Assembly (NCBI GenBank): GCA_900617105.1
Contig: UYFQ01000001.1
Span: forward strand, 1,240,001 to 1,304,000
Reading direction: 5' to 3'
Source: Hydrurus foetidus
Lineage: Eukaryota
Length of the DNA stretch: 64,000 bases
Shown: positions 1 to 9,459 of the stretch, piece after piece
Numbering within the stretch: the stretch's first letter is position 1
How the letters are laid out: each line of letters opens with the position of its first letter
Notes under the pieces: generated by a model
Databases searched by the model: none
Told to the model about the DNA's origin: nothing
The model's input: the letters and a program-made list of their open reading frames with translations, nothing else
Position numbers and translations under genes: made by a program

Positions 1-2301
1 GTCAACGGCCACCCCGCTGTGCCCGTGGGTGTGTTCTTGCAGACCGGTGCCAACGCGCTGGAAACCCGCAAAGCCGTGGAAAAGACGCTTCAGGAGCTCA
101 AAGCCAAGTTCCCCGAAGGGCTGACCTATTCCACCCCTTACGACACCACGCCCTTTGTATCCGAATCCATTCATGAGGTGGTGGTCACGCTGGTGGAAGC
201 CATGATTTTGGTGTTCCTGGTGGTGTATTTGTTCTTGCAAAGCTGGCGGGCCACCATCATCCCCACGTTGGCTGTGCCGGTGTCCCTGATTGGCACGATG
301 GCGGGCCTGCATTTGCTGGGTTACAGCATCAACACGCTGACGCTGTTTGGCATGGTGCTGGCCATCGGTATCGTCGTTGACGATGCGATCGTGGTGTTGG
401 AAAACGTCGAGCGTCTGATGCACGAGGAAGGCTTAAGCCCACGGGACGCGGCCATCAAAGCCATGCAAGAAGTGACCGGCCCGGTGATTGCCATCGTGTT
501 GGTGCTGTGCGCGGCCTTCATCCCCGTCGCCTTCTTGGGGGGCTTGGCCGGCGAGCTGTACCGGCAGTTTTCGGTCACGATCTCTATCGCCGTGGTGCTG
601 TCAGGCTTGGTGGCGCTCACCTTGACCCCGGCGTTGTGCGCTGTGTTGCTCAAGCCCGGCGCTGAGCGCAAAAATGCCTTCTTCACCGCCTTCAACAACG
701 GTTTTGAGCGCCTCACGCACCGCTACACCCGAGGTGTGGGCTTCTTTTTGAAGCGTGGTTTCATCGGTTTGCTGCTTTTTGCGGGCATGGGCGTGTTGAC
801 CGGCGTGTTGTTCAAAACCGTACCTGGTGCGTTGGTGCCGGACGAAGACCAAGGTTACTTTTTAGGGGCGGTGATCTTGCCCGAAGGTGCGGCTCTTGAC
901 CGCACCGACCAAGTGGTGAAGAAAGTAGAAGCCGCCATGTCGACCAACAAAAACATCGACACCGTGTTCAGCTTGGTGGGTTTAAATTTTTTGGGTGGCG
1001 GTGGGCTGAAATCATCGGCTGCAACGATGTTTTTCCCGCTCAAACCCTGGGCAGAACGTGATCAATCGGCGAAACAACTGGTGGGTGAGTTCTACGGCAA
1101 AACTGGGGGCATTAAAGAGGGCCTGCCTCTGGCTTTTAGCCCCCCGGCCATCCAAGGTCTGGGTCAAACCGGTGGCTTTGAGTTTTACCTGCAAAACAAG
1201 GGTGACGGCGGCGTGCGCCGCTTGGCGCAAATCCTGCCAAAGTTGCTGGAAGAGGCCAACAAACAACCTGAGTTGCAAGGTGTTAAAACCCTGTGGCAAG
1301 CCAATTCGCCTCAGCTCTACGTCAACGTGGACACCGAAAAAGCCCGCGCTATGGGCATCAACGTAGCGGATATTTACAACACCTTGGCCGCCACCCTGGG
1401 CAGCTACTACGTGAATGATTTCAACAAAAGTGGCCGCATTTACCAGGTGCTGATGCAGGCAGAGGGGCAATTTCGCTCCAAGCCTGAAGATATTGGTGCG
1501 CTGTATGTGCGCTCTAAAACCGGCCAGATGATCCAAATCCGCTCTGTGTCTGAGGTCAAGTTTGTCGCCGGGCCGGATTCGGTGCAGCACTTTAACGCGC
1601 TGCCCTCCATCCAAATTTTGGGTGACCCCAAGCCCGGCTACAGCTCAGGCCAAGCCATTGCCGCGATGGAGCGGGCGGCCCAAGCCGTGCTGCCTACCGA
1701 CATGGGCTACGACTGGGGTGGCTCTGCGTTTCAACAAAAGCGCAGCAGCGGATCCAGTGGTGTTGCGCTCGGCGCTGGTTTTGTGATGATCTTTTTGATC
1801 TTGGCCGCGCAGTATGAAAAGTGGTCGTTGCCCTTGTCGGTGCTGCTGGCCTTGCCGTTTGGCATCTTCGGTGCGCTGACCGCCGTGTATCTGCGCAACT
1901 TCGCCAACGACGTGTACTTCCAGATTGGCTTGGTCACCCTGTTGGGCTTGTCCGCTAAAAACGCCATTTTGATTGTGGAGTTCGCCACGATGAAGGTTCA
2001 CGAAGGCATGACCCCCGTGGCTGCGGCGCTTGAAGCGGCACGGTTGCGGTTCCGCCCCATTTTGATGACCTCACTGGCCTTCATCTTGGGTGTGGTACCT
2101 CTGGCGTTTTCAAGTGGTGCGGGGGCAGCCGCGCGCCAGTCGATTGGCACCGGCGTACTCGGTGGCATGTTGGCCGCCACCTTCTTGGCCATCTTTTTGG
2201 TGCCCCTGTTCTTCAAACTGGTGAACGATTGGCATTTACGCAGCAAGCCTGAAGACTTTGCGATGCTGAATGCCCCTGCTAAAGGACACAACCATGCGTA
2301 A
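1..2301 (+). CDS. RND multidrug efflux permease (AcrB/MexB family), 5'-truncated by window edge
   Basis: Frame open from base 1; motifs GIVVDDAIVVLENVER, PDEDQG, KNAILIVEFA, RFRPILMTSLAF. Confidence 0.95.
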   Translation, partial: VNGHPAVPVGVFLQTGANALETRKAVEKTLQELKAKFPEGLTYSTPYDTTPFVSESIHEVVVTLVEAMILVFLVVYLFLQSWRATIIPTLAVPVSLIGTMAGLHLLGYSINTLTLFGMVLAIGIVVDDAIVVLENVERLMHEEGLSPRDAAIKAMQEVTGPVIAIVLVLCAAFIPVAFLGGLAGELYRQFSVTISIAVVLSGLVALTLTPALCAVLLKPGAERKNAFFTAFNNGFERLTHRYTRGVGFFLKRGFIGLLLFAGMGVLTGVLFKTVPGALVPDEDQGYFLGAVILPEGAALDRTDQVVKKVEAAMSTNKNIDTVFSLVGLNFLGGGGLKSSAATMFFPLKPWAERDQSAKQLVGEFYGKTGGIKEGLPLAFSPPAIQGLGQTGGFEFYLQNKGDGGVRRLAQILPKLLEEANKQPELQGVKTLWQANSPQLYVNVDTEKARAMGINVADIYNTLAATLGSYYVNDFNKSGRIYQVLMQAEGQFRSKPEDIGALYVRSKTGQMIQIRSVSEVKFVAGPDSVQHFNALPSIQILGDPKPGYSSGQAIAAMERAAQAVLPTDMGYDWGGSAFQQKRSSGSSGVALGAGFVMIFLILAAQYEKWSLPLSVLLALPFGIFGALTAVYLRNFANDVYFQIGLVTLLGLSAKNAILIVEFATMKVHEGMTPVAAALEAARLRFRPILMTSLAFILGVVPLAFSSGAGAAARQSIGTGVLGGMLAATFLAIFLVPLFFKLVNDWHLRSKPEDFAMLNAPAKGHNHA

Positions 2302-3754
2302 ATTACCCCTTCATTTTGCTATTACTTTAATAGCTATAAGCGCTTTAACAGCATGCGGTGTAGCCCCTTTAGGCCAAAATTACCAGCGCCCCGTGCTGGA
2401 CGTGCCTGCCAGCTTGGTGGCCCCCGCCACGGCAGGTGTCACCAGCAACGCCAACGGGCTGACGTGGTGGAAATCATTCCAAGACCCGGTACTCGATGCC
2501 TTGCTGGAAGAAGCAGCCACCCACAGCCAAGATTTGGCCCTGGCCAGCGCCCGCATTGCCGAAGCGCGTGCCACACTGAACCAGAACGCCGCCAACTTTT
2601 ATCCCACCGTTGATTTGAACGCCAGCGCCACCCGGCGCGAGGTCAGTAAAAATTCAGCCACCTACAACCCCACCGCTGGGGCGTATTCCAACGACCGGCA
2701 ACTGGGCCTCTCCGCCAGCTACGAGATCGACTTCTGGGGCAAATACGCGCGTGCCGACGAAGCAGCCCGTGCCCGCATGGTGGCCCAATCCGCCGCCAAA
2801 GGCACGGTGCTGACCACGCTGTACGCCAACGTCGCCCAAGGCTACTTCACCCTGCGTGCGCTGGACGCGCAATTGACCCTGGCCGAACAAACCTTTGCTA
2901 CCCGCCAAGAGAACCTGCGCCTGCAAAAGCGCCGTTTTGAAGGTGGCGTGGTCGGTGAAATGGACTTGCGCCAAGCCGAATCGGAAGCCGCCAGTGTCGA
3001 AGCCACATTGCAAACCGTGCGCCAAAACCGCAGCAATGCCGAATCTGCTCTGGCTTTGCTGGTGGGCCGCACGCCGACTGCCATCGCCCGTCCGGTGATT
3101 GCACGCGGGGCCGACATGGCCACGCTCTACGCCCGTCCCTCGGTGCCCGGCAATTTGCCCTCTGATATGCTGAACAACCGCCCCGATGTGGTCAGCGCCG
3201 AGCAAAGTCTGATTGCCGCTAACGCCGACATCGGCCAAGCCCGCGCCGCCTACTTCCCCAAGTTCAGCCTGACCGCTGGCGTGGGCCAGCAGTCCAAAGA
3301 CCTGAGCAGCCTGTTCGACCCGGCCTCGCTGTTTTGGAACCTGATTGGCAACTTGACGCAGCCCATCTTCCGCGCCGGTGCCATCGACGCGGTAGTGGCC
3401 GCTGCCAATGCCCGCCAGCAGCAAGCCATCGCCCAGTACACCCAAGCCGTGCAAAGCGCTTTCCGCGACACGCATGACGCGTTGAACAACGTCACCGCCG
3501 GGCGCGAGATCACCGCCACCACCACCAAGCGCATTGATGCCCTGCGCAGCACGCTGCGGCTGGCCGATTTGCGCTACAAAAATGGCTACTCAAGCTATTT
3601 GGAAGTGCTGAACGCGCAACGCGATTTGTCACAAGCCGAGTCCGGCCTGATTGACACCCAGCGCGGGCAGTTGAACGCGGTGGTGAGTCTGTACAAGGCG
3701 CTGGGGGGAGGGTGGGCGAACGATGCTATGGCGGTGGCGCAAAGCGGCAAGTGA
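2294..3754 (+). CDS. Outer-membrane efflux lipoprotein (OprM/NodT/TolC family)
   Basis: AAGGA RBS before ATG 2294; lipobox LTAC; WWKSFQDPVL, YEIDFWG, LPSDMLNNRPDV motifs; overlaps RND stop. Confidence 0.93.
   Translation: MRKLPLHFAITLIAISALTACGVAPLGQNYQRPVLDVPASLVAPATAGVTSNANGLTWWKSFQDPVLDALLEEAATHSQDLALASARIAEARATLNQNAANFYPTVDLNASATRREVSKNSATYNPTAGAYSNDRQLGLSASYEIDFWGKYARADEAARARMVAQSAAKGTVLTTLYANVAQGYFTLRALDAQLTLAEQTFATRQENLRLQKRRFEGGVVGEMDLRQAESEAASVEATLQTVRQNRSNAESALALLVGRTPTAIARPVIARGADMATLYARPSVPGNLPSDMLNNRPDVVSAEQSLIAANADIGQARAAYFPKFSLTAGVGQQSKDLSSLFDPASLFWNLIGNLTQPIFRAGAIDAVVAAANARQQQAIAQYTQAVQSAFRDTHDALNNVTAGREITATTTKRIDALRSTLRLADLRYKNGYSSYLEVLNAQRDLSQAESGLIDTQRGQLNAVVSLYKALGGGWANDAMAVAQSGK
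2317..2380. repeat. Copy of dispersed GCTAY-N7-RTAGC motif within the efflux lipoprotein signal peptide
   Basis: GCTAT-TACTTTA-ATAGC-N7-GC and GCC at 2363-2365. Confidence 0.7.
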
Positions 3755-3778
3755 TCCTGTAGCGCGTCTTGGAAATTT

Positions 3779-4276
3779 TTACGGCCTCGGCACCGCAGCC
3801 AAAGGCAGCATCAGCAGCATCGGGGCGTCTGTTGCGGTGGTGAATCCGTGGTGCAGGTAAAACGCTTTGGCGATCTCGTCCTTGGCATCAACCACCATCG
3901 CAAAGGCGGCAATGTCTGAGCGCAGGGAACGGGCGAGGGCATCGGCCAGCAGCGCACCGCCCAAGCCTTGGCCTTTAAAGTGCCTGTCAACAGCCAACCG
4001 CCCCATGCGCACAGTGGGCACGGTGGGGTAGCGAGGCAGTTTTTTGGCCAGGGGTGACGGCACATCGGACAGCAACAAACTGGCCGTTGCCAAGGTGTAG
4101 TAACCCGCTATGCGCTGGTCTTCGGTCAAGGCCACAAAGCATGAGGTAACACGGCGGCGAATGTCTTGGTTGACTTGCCGTTGCAAGTAGTTGTCCAAAA
4201 GTGCAGAGCCGCTTTGGAACGTGTTTCGGTCATGCGCCGCATCCAAAGGCACCATGCGCAAGGGGGCAAGGCTCAT
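3779..4276 (-). CDS. GNAT-family acetyltransferase toxin (TacT/AtaT-like)
   Basis: FQSGSALLDNYL, IAGYYTL, GRLAVD..GQGLG, VDAKDE..AFYLHHGF; overlaps upstream antitoxin. Confidence 0.9.
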   Translation of the reverse strand: MSLAPLRMVPLDAAHDRNTFQSGSALLDNYLQRQVNQDIRRRVTSCFVALTEDQRIAGYYTLATASLLLSDVPSPLAKKLPRYPTVPTVRMGRLAVDRHFKGQGLGGALLADALARSLRSDIAAFAMVVDAKDEIAKAFYLHHGFTTATDAPMLLMLPLAAVPRP

Positions 4277-4554
4277 TCGGGTTGAATCAATTGGCGATGA
4301 CGTTCAAAAGCACGCCGCAAGGCCGGTGCAGGCTCTGCGGGGGTGATGAGCGCCTGTGCAAACCGTTCTTGATCGGCCAATGACAAGCGGATAACGTCCG
4401 CTTGCGCGATCGCATTTTGTGCCGCTTCTTGCACCGCAGCGATCACAAAGTCAGTCATGGTGCGGCCTTGAATTTCGGCCGCACGCTTGAGCATGGTATG
4501 CAAGGTGGTGGTGATGCGGGCTTCGAGGCGGGCAGTGGGGGCGGCAACGGTCAT
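4273..4554 (-). CDS. DUF1778 RHH antitoxin (TacA-like)
   Basis: ARLEARI..LKRAAEIQGRTMTDFV, IRLSLADQERFAQAL..P.P.PALRRAF. Confidence 0.9.
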   Translation of the reverse strand: MTVAAPTARLEARITTTLHTMLKRAAEIQGRTMTDFVIAAVQEAAQNAIAQADVIRLSLADQERFAQALITPAEPAPALRRAFERHRQLIQPE

Positions 4555-4575
4555 AGAAAACCTCCTTTTTGAAAT

Positions 4576-4595
4576 TGTACGGCAGTGTGCCGGAT
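4576..4595. promoter_or_regulatory. Probable autorepression operator of the DUF1778/GNAT module
   Basis: Imperfect palindrome TGTACGGCA-GTG-TGCCGGAT just upstream of the antitoxin RBS. Confidence 0.5.
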
Positions 4596-4692
4596 TGCGG
4601 TAGCGCAGAGTGATGCAAAATCCGGGATATCTCCTCGGGCTTTAACGCCTCAGCACGCCAACTTTTGCAATCACTACAACTCACTTATAAGC

Positions 4693-6144
4693 ATGACCGC
4701 CCACACTTTCCTCTGGCACGACTACGAAACCTTTGGGGCCAACACCCGGCGCGATCGCCCCGCGCAGTTCGCCGCCATCCGCACCGATGCCGCTTTGAAC
4801 GAAATGGGCGAGCCGCTGATGCTCTATTGCCAGCCCGCGCCCGATTTTTTGCCCAACCCCGAAGCTTGCCTGATTACCGGCATCACGCCCCAAATCTGCT
4901 TGGAGCGTGGCATCCCCGAGTACCAGTTTGCCGCTCAAATCGAGCAGGCTTTCGCTGAGCCGGGCACCATTGGCGTGGGCTACAACACCATCCGTTTTGA
5001 CGATGAAATCACGCGCTTCATGTTTTGGCGCAACCTCATCGACCCCTACGCCCGCGAATGGCAAAACGGCTGTGGCCGCTGGGATATTTTGGACGTGGTG
5101 CGCACCGCCTACGCCCTGCGCCCCGAGGGCATCAATTGGCCTACCAAGCCCGAGGGCGGTGCCAGCTTCAAACTGACCGACCTCACCGCCGCCAACGGCT
5201 TGACGCACGAAGCCGCGCACGATGCGCTCTCTGATGTGCGTGCCACCATCGCACTGGCCAGGTTGATCCGCGAGAAGCAGCCTCGCTTGTTCGATTTTTG
5301 CCTGGGCCTGCATAAAAAAGACCGTGTGGCCAACGAGCTGGGCCTGCCCACCACCGTGCAGGGGGCCAAGCCCTTTTTGCACATCTCCGGCATGTTCCCC
5401 GCTGACAAAGGCTGCCTGGCTGTGATGTGGCCGCTGGCGATGCACCCCACCAACAAAAACGAGTTGATCGCCTGGGATTTGGCCCATGACCCGCGCGAAC
5501 TGCTGACGCTGGACACCGCCACCATCCGCCAGCGCATGTTCAGCAAAGCCGCTGACCTGCCCGAGGGGGTGACGCGCCTGCCCATCAAAACCATCCACCT
5601 GAACAAATCGCCGATGGTTATGGGCAACCTCAAAACGCTCAACCCCGCGATGGCGCAGCGCTGGGGCGTGGACATGGCAACGGCGATGACCCATGCCGCC
5701 ACCGCGTCCGCCATGACCGACATCAGCGGCATCTGGCCCGAGGTGTTCAACCGCCCCCAAGACAAGTCTGCTGCCGCGCCTGATGTGGACGAAGACCTCT
5801 ACAACGGCTTCGTCAGCAACAACGACCGCCGCAAACTCACCCAGCTGCGCACACTGCCCCCTGAGCGCTTGGCCGCTGCCCGCACGGGCTTTGAAGACAG
5901 CCGCCTGGAAGAATTGGTGTGGCGTTACCGAGCCCGCAATTTCCCTGCTTCGCTCAACGCCGAAGAAGCCGCCACCTGGGAAGCCCATCGTGCTGCTCGT
6001 TTGTTCCAGGGGGCCGGTGGGGCGCTCACGGTAGAGCAACTCAGCGCCGAGCTTGACCGCTTGTCTGAAGATGCGGATGAGCACAGCGAGGCCATTTTGG
6101 GGGCGTTGTACGATTACATGGAACAGATTGCGCCCGAGCAGTGA
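4693..6144 (+). CDS. sbcB: Exodeoxyribonuclease I
   Basis: FLWHDYETFG..RRDRPAQFAAIRTD, GYNTIRFDDE, AHDALSDVRAT; ATG 4693 chosen over the upstream GTG. Confidence 0.95.
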   Translation: MTAHTFLWHDYETFGANTRRDRPAQFAAIRTDAALNEMGEPLMLYCQPAPDFLPNPEACLITGITPQICLERGIPEYQFAAQIEQAFAEPGTIGVGYNTIRFDDEITRFMFWRNLIDPYAREWQNGCGRWDILDVVRTAYALRPEGINWPTKPEGGASFKLTDLTAANGLTHEAAHDALSDVRATIALARLIREKQPRLFDFCLGLHKKDRVANELGLPTTVQGAKPFLHISGMFPADKGCLAVMWPLAMHPTNKNELIAWDLAHDPRELLTLDTATIRQRMFSKAADLPEGVTRLPIKTIHLNKSPMVMGNLKTLNPAMAQRWGVDMATAMTHAATASAMTDISGIWPEVFNRPQDKSAAAPDVDEDLYNGFVSNNDRRKLTQLRTLPPERLAAARTGFEDSRLEELVWRYRARNFPASLNAEEAATWEAHRAARLFQGAGGALTVEQLSAELDRLSEDADEHSEAILGALYDYMEQIAPEQ

Positions 6145-6189
6145 GCGCTGCATTCCCTCTCTCTAATACCTTTGCACCTTTTGAAGACC

Positions 6190-7428
6190 ATGACCATAAG
6201 TACCGGATTCACCACCCAAATCGTCCACGCTGACCGCCACTTTGGTGTCGAGCACGGCGGCCTGCACAAGCCCATTCACACCTCCGTCCAGTACGGTTTT
6301 GACAAGGTTGAAGACCTGATTGGCGTGTTCCAAGGCACGCTCAAAGGCGGCTACAACTACGCCCGCCAGGGCACACCCACGACCGCCGCACTGGAGTCCA
6401 AACTGACGCAGATGGAGCAGGGCGTGGGGACCGTCAGCTTTGCCACCGGCATGGCGGCCATCACTGCTTTGTTCCTCACACTGCTGCGCGCAGGCGATCA
6501 CCTCGTTTCCAGCCGCTTTGTGTTCGGCAACACCAACAGCCTGCTGAGCACCTTGGACGATTTGGGCATTGCGGTCAGCAAAGTGGACGTGCGCGATGCC
6601 AAACTCGTGGCAGCGGCGCTTCGCCCTGAGACCCGCATGGTGTTCGTGGAAACTGTGGCCAACCCTGGCACCCAAATCCCCGATCTGGAAGCCATCGGCC
6701 AGTTGTGCCGCGACAAAGGCATCCTTTTTGTGGTGGACAACACCATTCTTTCGCCACAGCTGTTCCGACCGAAAGACGTGGGCGCGGGCTTGGTCGTCCA
6801 TTCGCTCACCAAAACCATAGCAGGCCACGGCAACGCCCTAGGGGGCGCGGTGATCGACACAGGTTTGTTCGACTGGACAGCCTTCCCCAACATCGCACAG
6901 GCTTATCGCAAGGGCGATGCTAAACAGTGGGGCCTCGTGCAAGTGCGCAAAAAAGGCCTGCGCGACATGGGCGGCACGCTGTCGTCCCAGCACGCCCACC
7001 TCATCAGCACGGGCGCGGAAACCCTGGCGCTGCGCGTCGCCCAAAGCAGCGCCACAGCGCTGGCGCTGGCCGAGTATTTGGAAGCCCACCCCGCCATTGC
7101 CAAGGTGCATTACCCCATGCTGCCTTCGCACCCACAGCACGCAACAGCTAAAAAGCTGTTCAAAGCCGGGTCGTGGCTGCTGTCGTTTGAGTTGAAAGAC
7201 GCAGACAGTTGCCTCGCCGTCATCAACCGCCTGAAGCTGCCGATTGCCGCGACAGGTATGGCCGACAACCGTACCCTCATCATCCCTGTGGCACACACGA
7301 TATTCTGGGAAGCGGGTGCTGCGGTACGCGCCGATATGGGCATTGCGGACGGGCTGATCCGCTTGTCGGTAGGGCTGGAGGATGCTACGGACTTGATAGC
7401 GGACTTTGCACAAGCGCTGACCAGGTAG
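6190..7428 (+). CDS. Cys/Met metabolism PLP enzyme (cystathionine gamma-synthase family)
   Basis: YARQGTPT, FATGMAAI, ETVANP, VVDNT, HSLTK (PLP lysine), IRLSVGLED. Confidence 0.88.
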   Translation: MTISTGFTTQIVHADRHFGVEHGGLHKPIHTSVQYGFDKVEDLIGVFQGTLKGGYNYARQGTPTTAALESKLTQMEQGVGTVSFATGMAAITALFLTLLRAGDHLVSSRFVFGNTNSLLSTLDDLGIAVSKVDVRDAKLVAAALRPETRMVFVETVANPGTQIPDLEAIGQLCRDKGILFVVDNTILSPQLFRPKDVGAGLVVHSLTKTIAGHGNALGGAVIDTGLFDWTAFPNIAQAYRKGDAKQWGLVQVRKKGLRDMGGTLSSQHAHLISTGAETLALRVAQSSATALALAEYLEAHPAIAKVHYPMLPSHPQHATAKKLFKAGSWLLSFELKDADSCLAVINRLKLPIAATGMADNRTLIIPVAHTIFWEAGAAVRADMGIADGLIRLSVGLEDATDLIADFAQALTR

Positions 7429-7544
7429 GCGAAGTGCAGGGCTCCAAATAGCCCCAAAGCCATCAAGGTATAAATTCTTCATGGCCTCAACCGGGGGCGG
7501 GTGCGCGGTATTCTTTTACCTGAACCCACTCACCACCACCCCTT

Positions 7545-8078
7545 ATGCAAACACCAGCCATTCCCTCTTCAGAGGCAGAGCGCATTGCGACGCTGCGTGC
7601 ATTGTTGATTCTGGACACCGAACCGGAACTCCGGTTTGACTTGATTACCGCTTACGCGGCATCTCAGTTCAAGGTTCCGATTGTGTTGGTCAGCCTGGTG
7701 GACACCAACCGCCAGTGGTTCAAATCCTGTGTCGGTCTGGATGTCAGTGAAACACCCCGAGAGGTGAGCTTTTGCGGCCACGCCATTTTGCAAGAGGGCA
7801 TCTTTGAAATACCCGATGCCGCGCGCGATCCTCGGTTTGCCGACAATCCCCTGGTTACAGGCGACCCGTTGATCCGGTTTTATGCTGGCTGCCCGCTGGT
7901 GATGGACAACAACCAGGCCGTAGGAACGCTTTGCCTGATTGGCCGTTCGCCCAAAAAGCTGGACGATTGGGAGCGCAGCCACCTGCATATTTTGTCCAAA
8001 ATGGTGGCAGCAGAACTTCAGGGGCTGTCCGCTAATTCGGTGGAAGGGCGGCCTCATATTCCGTCTTTTTATGCCTGA
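7545..8078 (+). CDS. Stand-alone GAF domain protein
   Basis: EAERIATLRAL.ILDT, RQWFKS, ETPREVSFCGHAI, DPRFADNPLV, RFYAGCPL. Confidence 0.88.
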   Translation: MQTPAIPSSEAERIATLRALLILDTEPELRFDLITAYAASQFKVPIVLVSLVDTNRQWFKSCVGLDVSETPREVSFCGHAILQEGIFEIPDAARDPRFADNPLVTGDPLIRFYAGCPLVMDNNQAVGTLCLIGRSPKKLDDWERSHLHILSKMVAAELQGLSANSVEGRPHIPSFYA

Positions 8079-8081
8079 CGG

Positions 8082-9371
8082 CTAAGCTGGCTGCTTTGTC
8101 GCCACCCGTACCCACAGCGCCAGATACGTCCCCAGCCCCAACACAATCCCCCAGAACGCCGACCCCAGGCCCAGCAGGCTGACGTTCGATGCGGTCACGA
8201 TGAACGTCACCAGTGCGGCCTCACGCTCCGAAGGCTCTGCCAGGGCATTCACCAGCCCGCCCTGAATTGCCCCCATCAACGCCAGCCCGGCTACCGTGGC
8301 CACCAAGGCCGGGGGCAGGTGGGCGAAGGTGGAGGTGATGGCGCCGGCAAAGCTGCCCAGCAGCAGGTAAAACGCCCCACACGCCACGCCAGCAACCCAG
8401 CGTTTATGCTGCTGCTGATGGGCCTCTGGCCCGGTGCAAATCGCGGCGGTGATGGCGGCCAGATTGACACCGTGGGCACCGAAAGGGGCCAGCAGCAAGC
8501 TGGCCAAACCTGTGCTGGTGACGAGTTGGCTGGTGGGTGCGTCGTAATGCGCGGCCCGCATCACGGCCACGCCGGGCACTTGCTGGCCCGTCAGGCACAG
8601 CAGCGCCAGGGGCAGGGCGAGGCTGAAGGTGGCGCTCCAGGTGAAGACGGGGGTCGTCCAGACGGGCTGCGTCCAGCTGAGGGGGGCGGTGTCTGTTGTG
8701 GATGCAGCGGCGCTCGCCACACTGCCCACATCGCCCCAGCCCAAACTCAGCCACAGCGCAATGCCCAGCAGCAGCGTCAGCGGTATCGCATAGCGGGCGG
8801 ATTGGCGTTTGAACACCAAGTAGCCCGCAAACATCACGCCCACCAGTGCCGGTGCACCGTTGATTGTGCTTTGTGCCGCTTTGAACACGTCTACGCCAAA
8901 GCGCAACAAAATCCCTGCCAGCATCGCGGCGCACAGGCTTTTCGGGATGACGGCCATCAGGCGCTCGAACACCCCCGTCACGCCCACCAACACCATCAAC
9001 GCCGCCGCCACGAGGTACGCGCCCACGGCTTGGTTGAAGGGCACTGTTGCCAAAGCCACGGCCAGCAAGGCCGCACCGGGCGTGTTCCACGCGCAGATCA
9101 CCGGCATCTTGCTGCGCCAACTCATGGCTATACCGCACAAGCCCGCCCCGATGGAGATCGCCCAGACCCAGGATGCCGTTTGGGCCGGGGTCAAATGCCC
9201 TGCCTGCGCGGCTTGCAGCACCAGCAGCAACGGCCCGGCGTAGGAAATCAACACAGCGATCAGCCCAGCCAACACGGCGGGGAACAGGTCGCGCGGACGC
9301 TCAAGCAGACTGCTTGGGTAAGTTGGGTCACTTTTTAGGGGCAATGCCGTGTGCGGTAGGGTGTTGTTCAT
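8082..9371 (-). CDS. BenE-family (benzoate/H+ symporter-like) membrane transporter
   Basis: Polytopic; AWNTPGAALL, QQVPGVAV, NLAAITAAIC, EREAALVTFIVTAS. Confidence 0.88.
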   Translation of the reverse strand: MNNTLPHTALPLKSDPTYPSSLLERPRDLFPAVLAGLIAVLISYAGPLLLVLQAAQAGHLTPAQTASWVWAISIGAGLCGIAMSWRSKMPVICAWNTPGAALLAVALATVPFNQAVGAYLVAAALMVLVGVTGVFERLMAVIPKSLCAAMLAGILLRFGVDVFKAAQSTINGAPALVGVMFAGYLVFKRQSARYAIPLTLLLGIALWLSLGWGDVGSVASAAASTTDTAPLSWTQPVWTTPVFTWSATFSLALPLALLCLTGQQVPGVAVMRAAHYDAPTSQLVTSTGLASLLLAPFGAHGVNLAAITAAICTGPEAHQQQHKRWVAGVACGAFYLLLGSFAGAITSTFAHLPPALVATVAGLALMGAIQGGLVNALAEPSEREAALVTFIVTASNVSLLGLGSAFWGIVLGLGTYLALWVRVATKQPA

Positions 9372-9459
9372 GAACGCTATGGTGCCTGTGGTTATCCGTG
9401 ATTTGCGCACAGTGCGCGGCTGATTTATGCTGTACAGATTCGTTAAAACCCAATCTGTT

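Noticed and set aside
4681..6153. Long antisense ORFs (490 aa opposite sbcB; also 27386-29002 opposite ygiQ, 62066-63040 opposite coxL, 8319-9338 opposite the BenE-family gene)
   Set aside because: Shadow ORFs expected from high-GC codon bias; no recognisable motifs, and the opposite strand carries clear genes.
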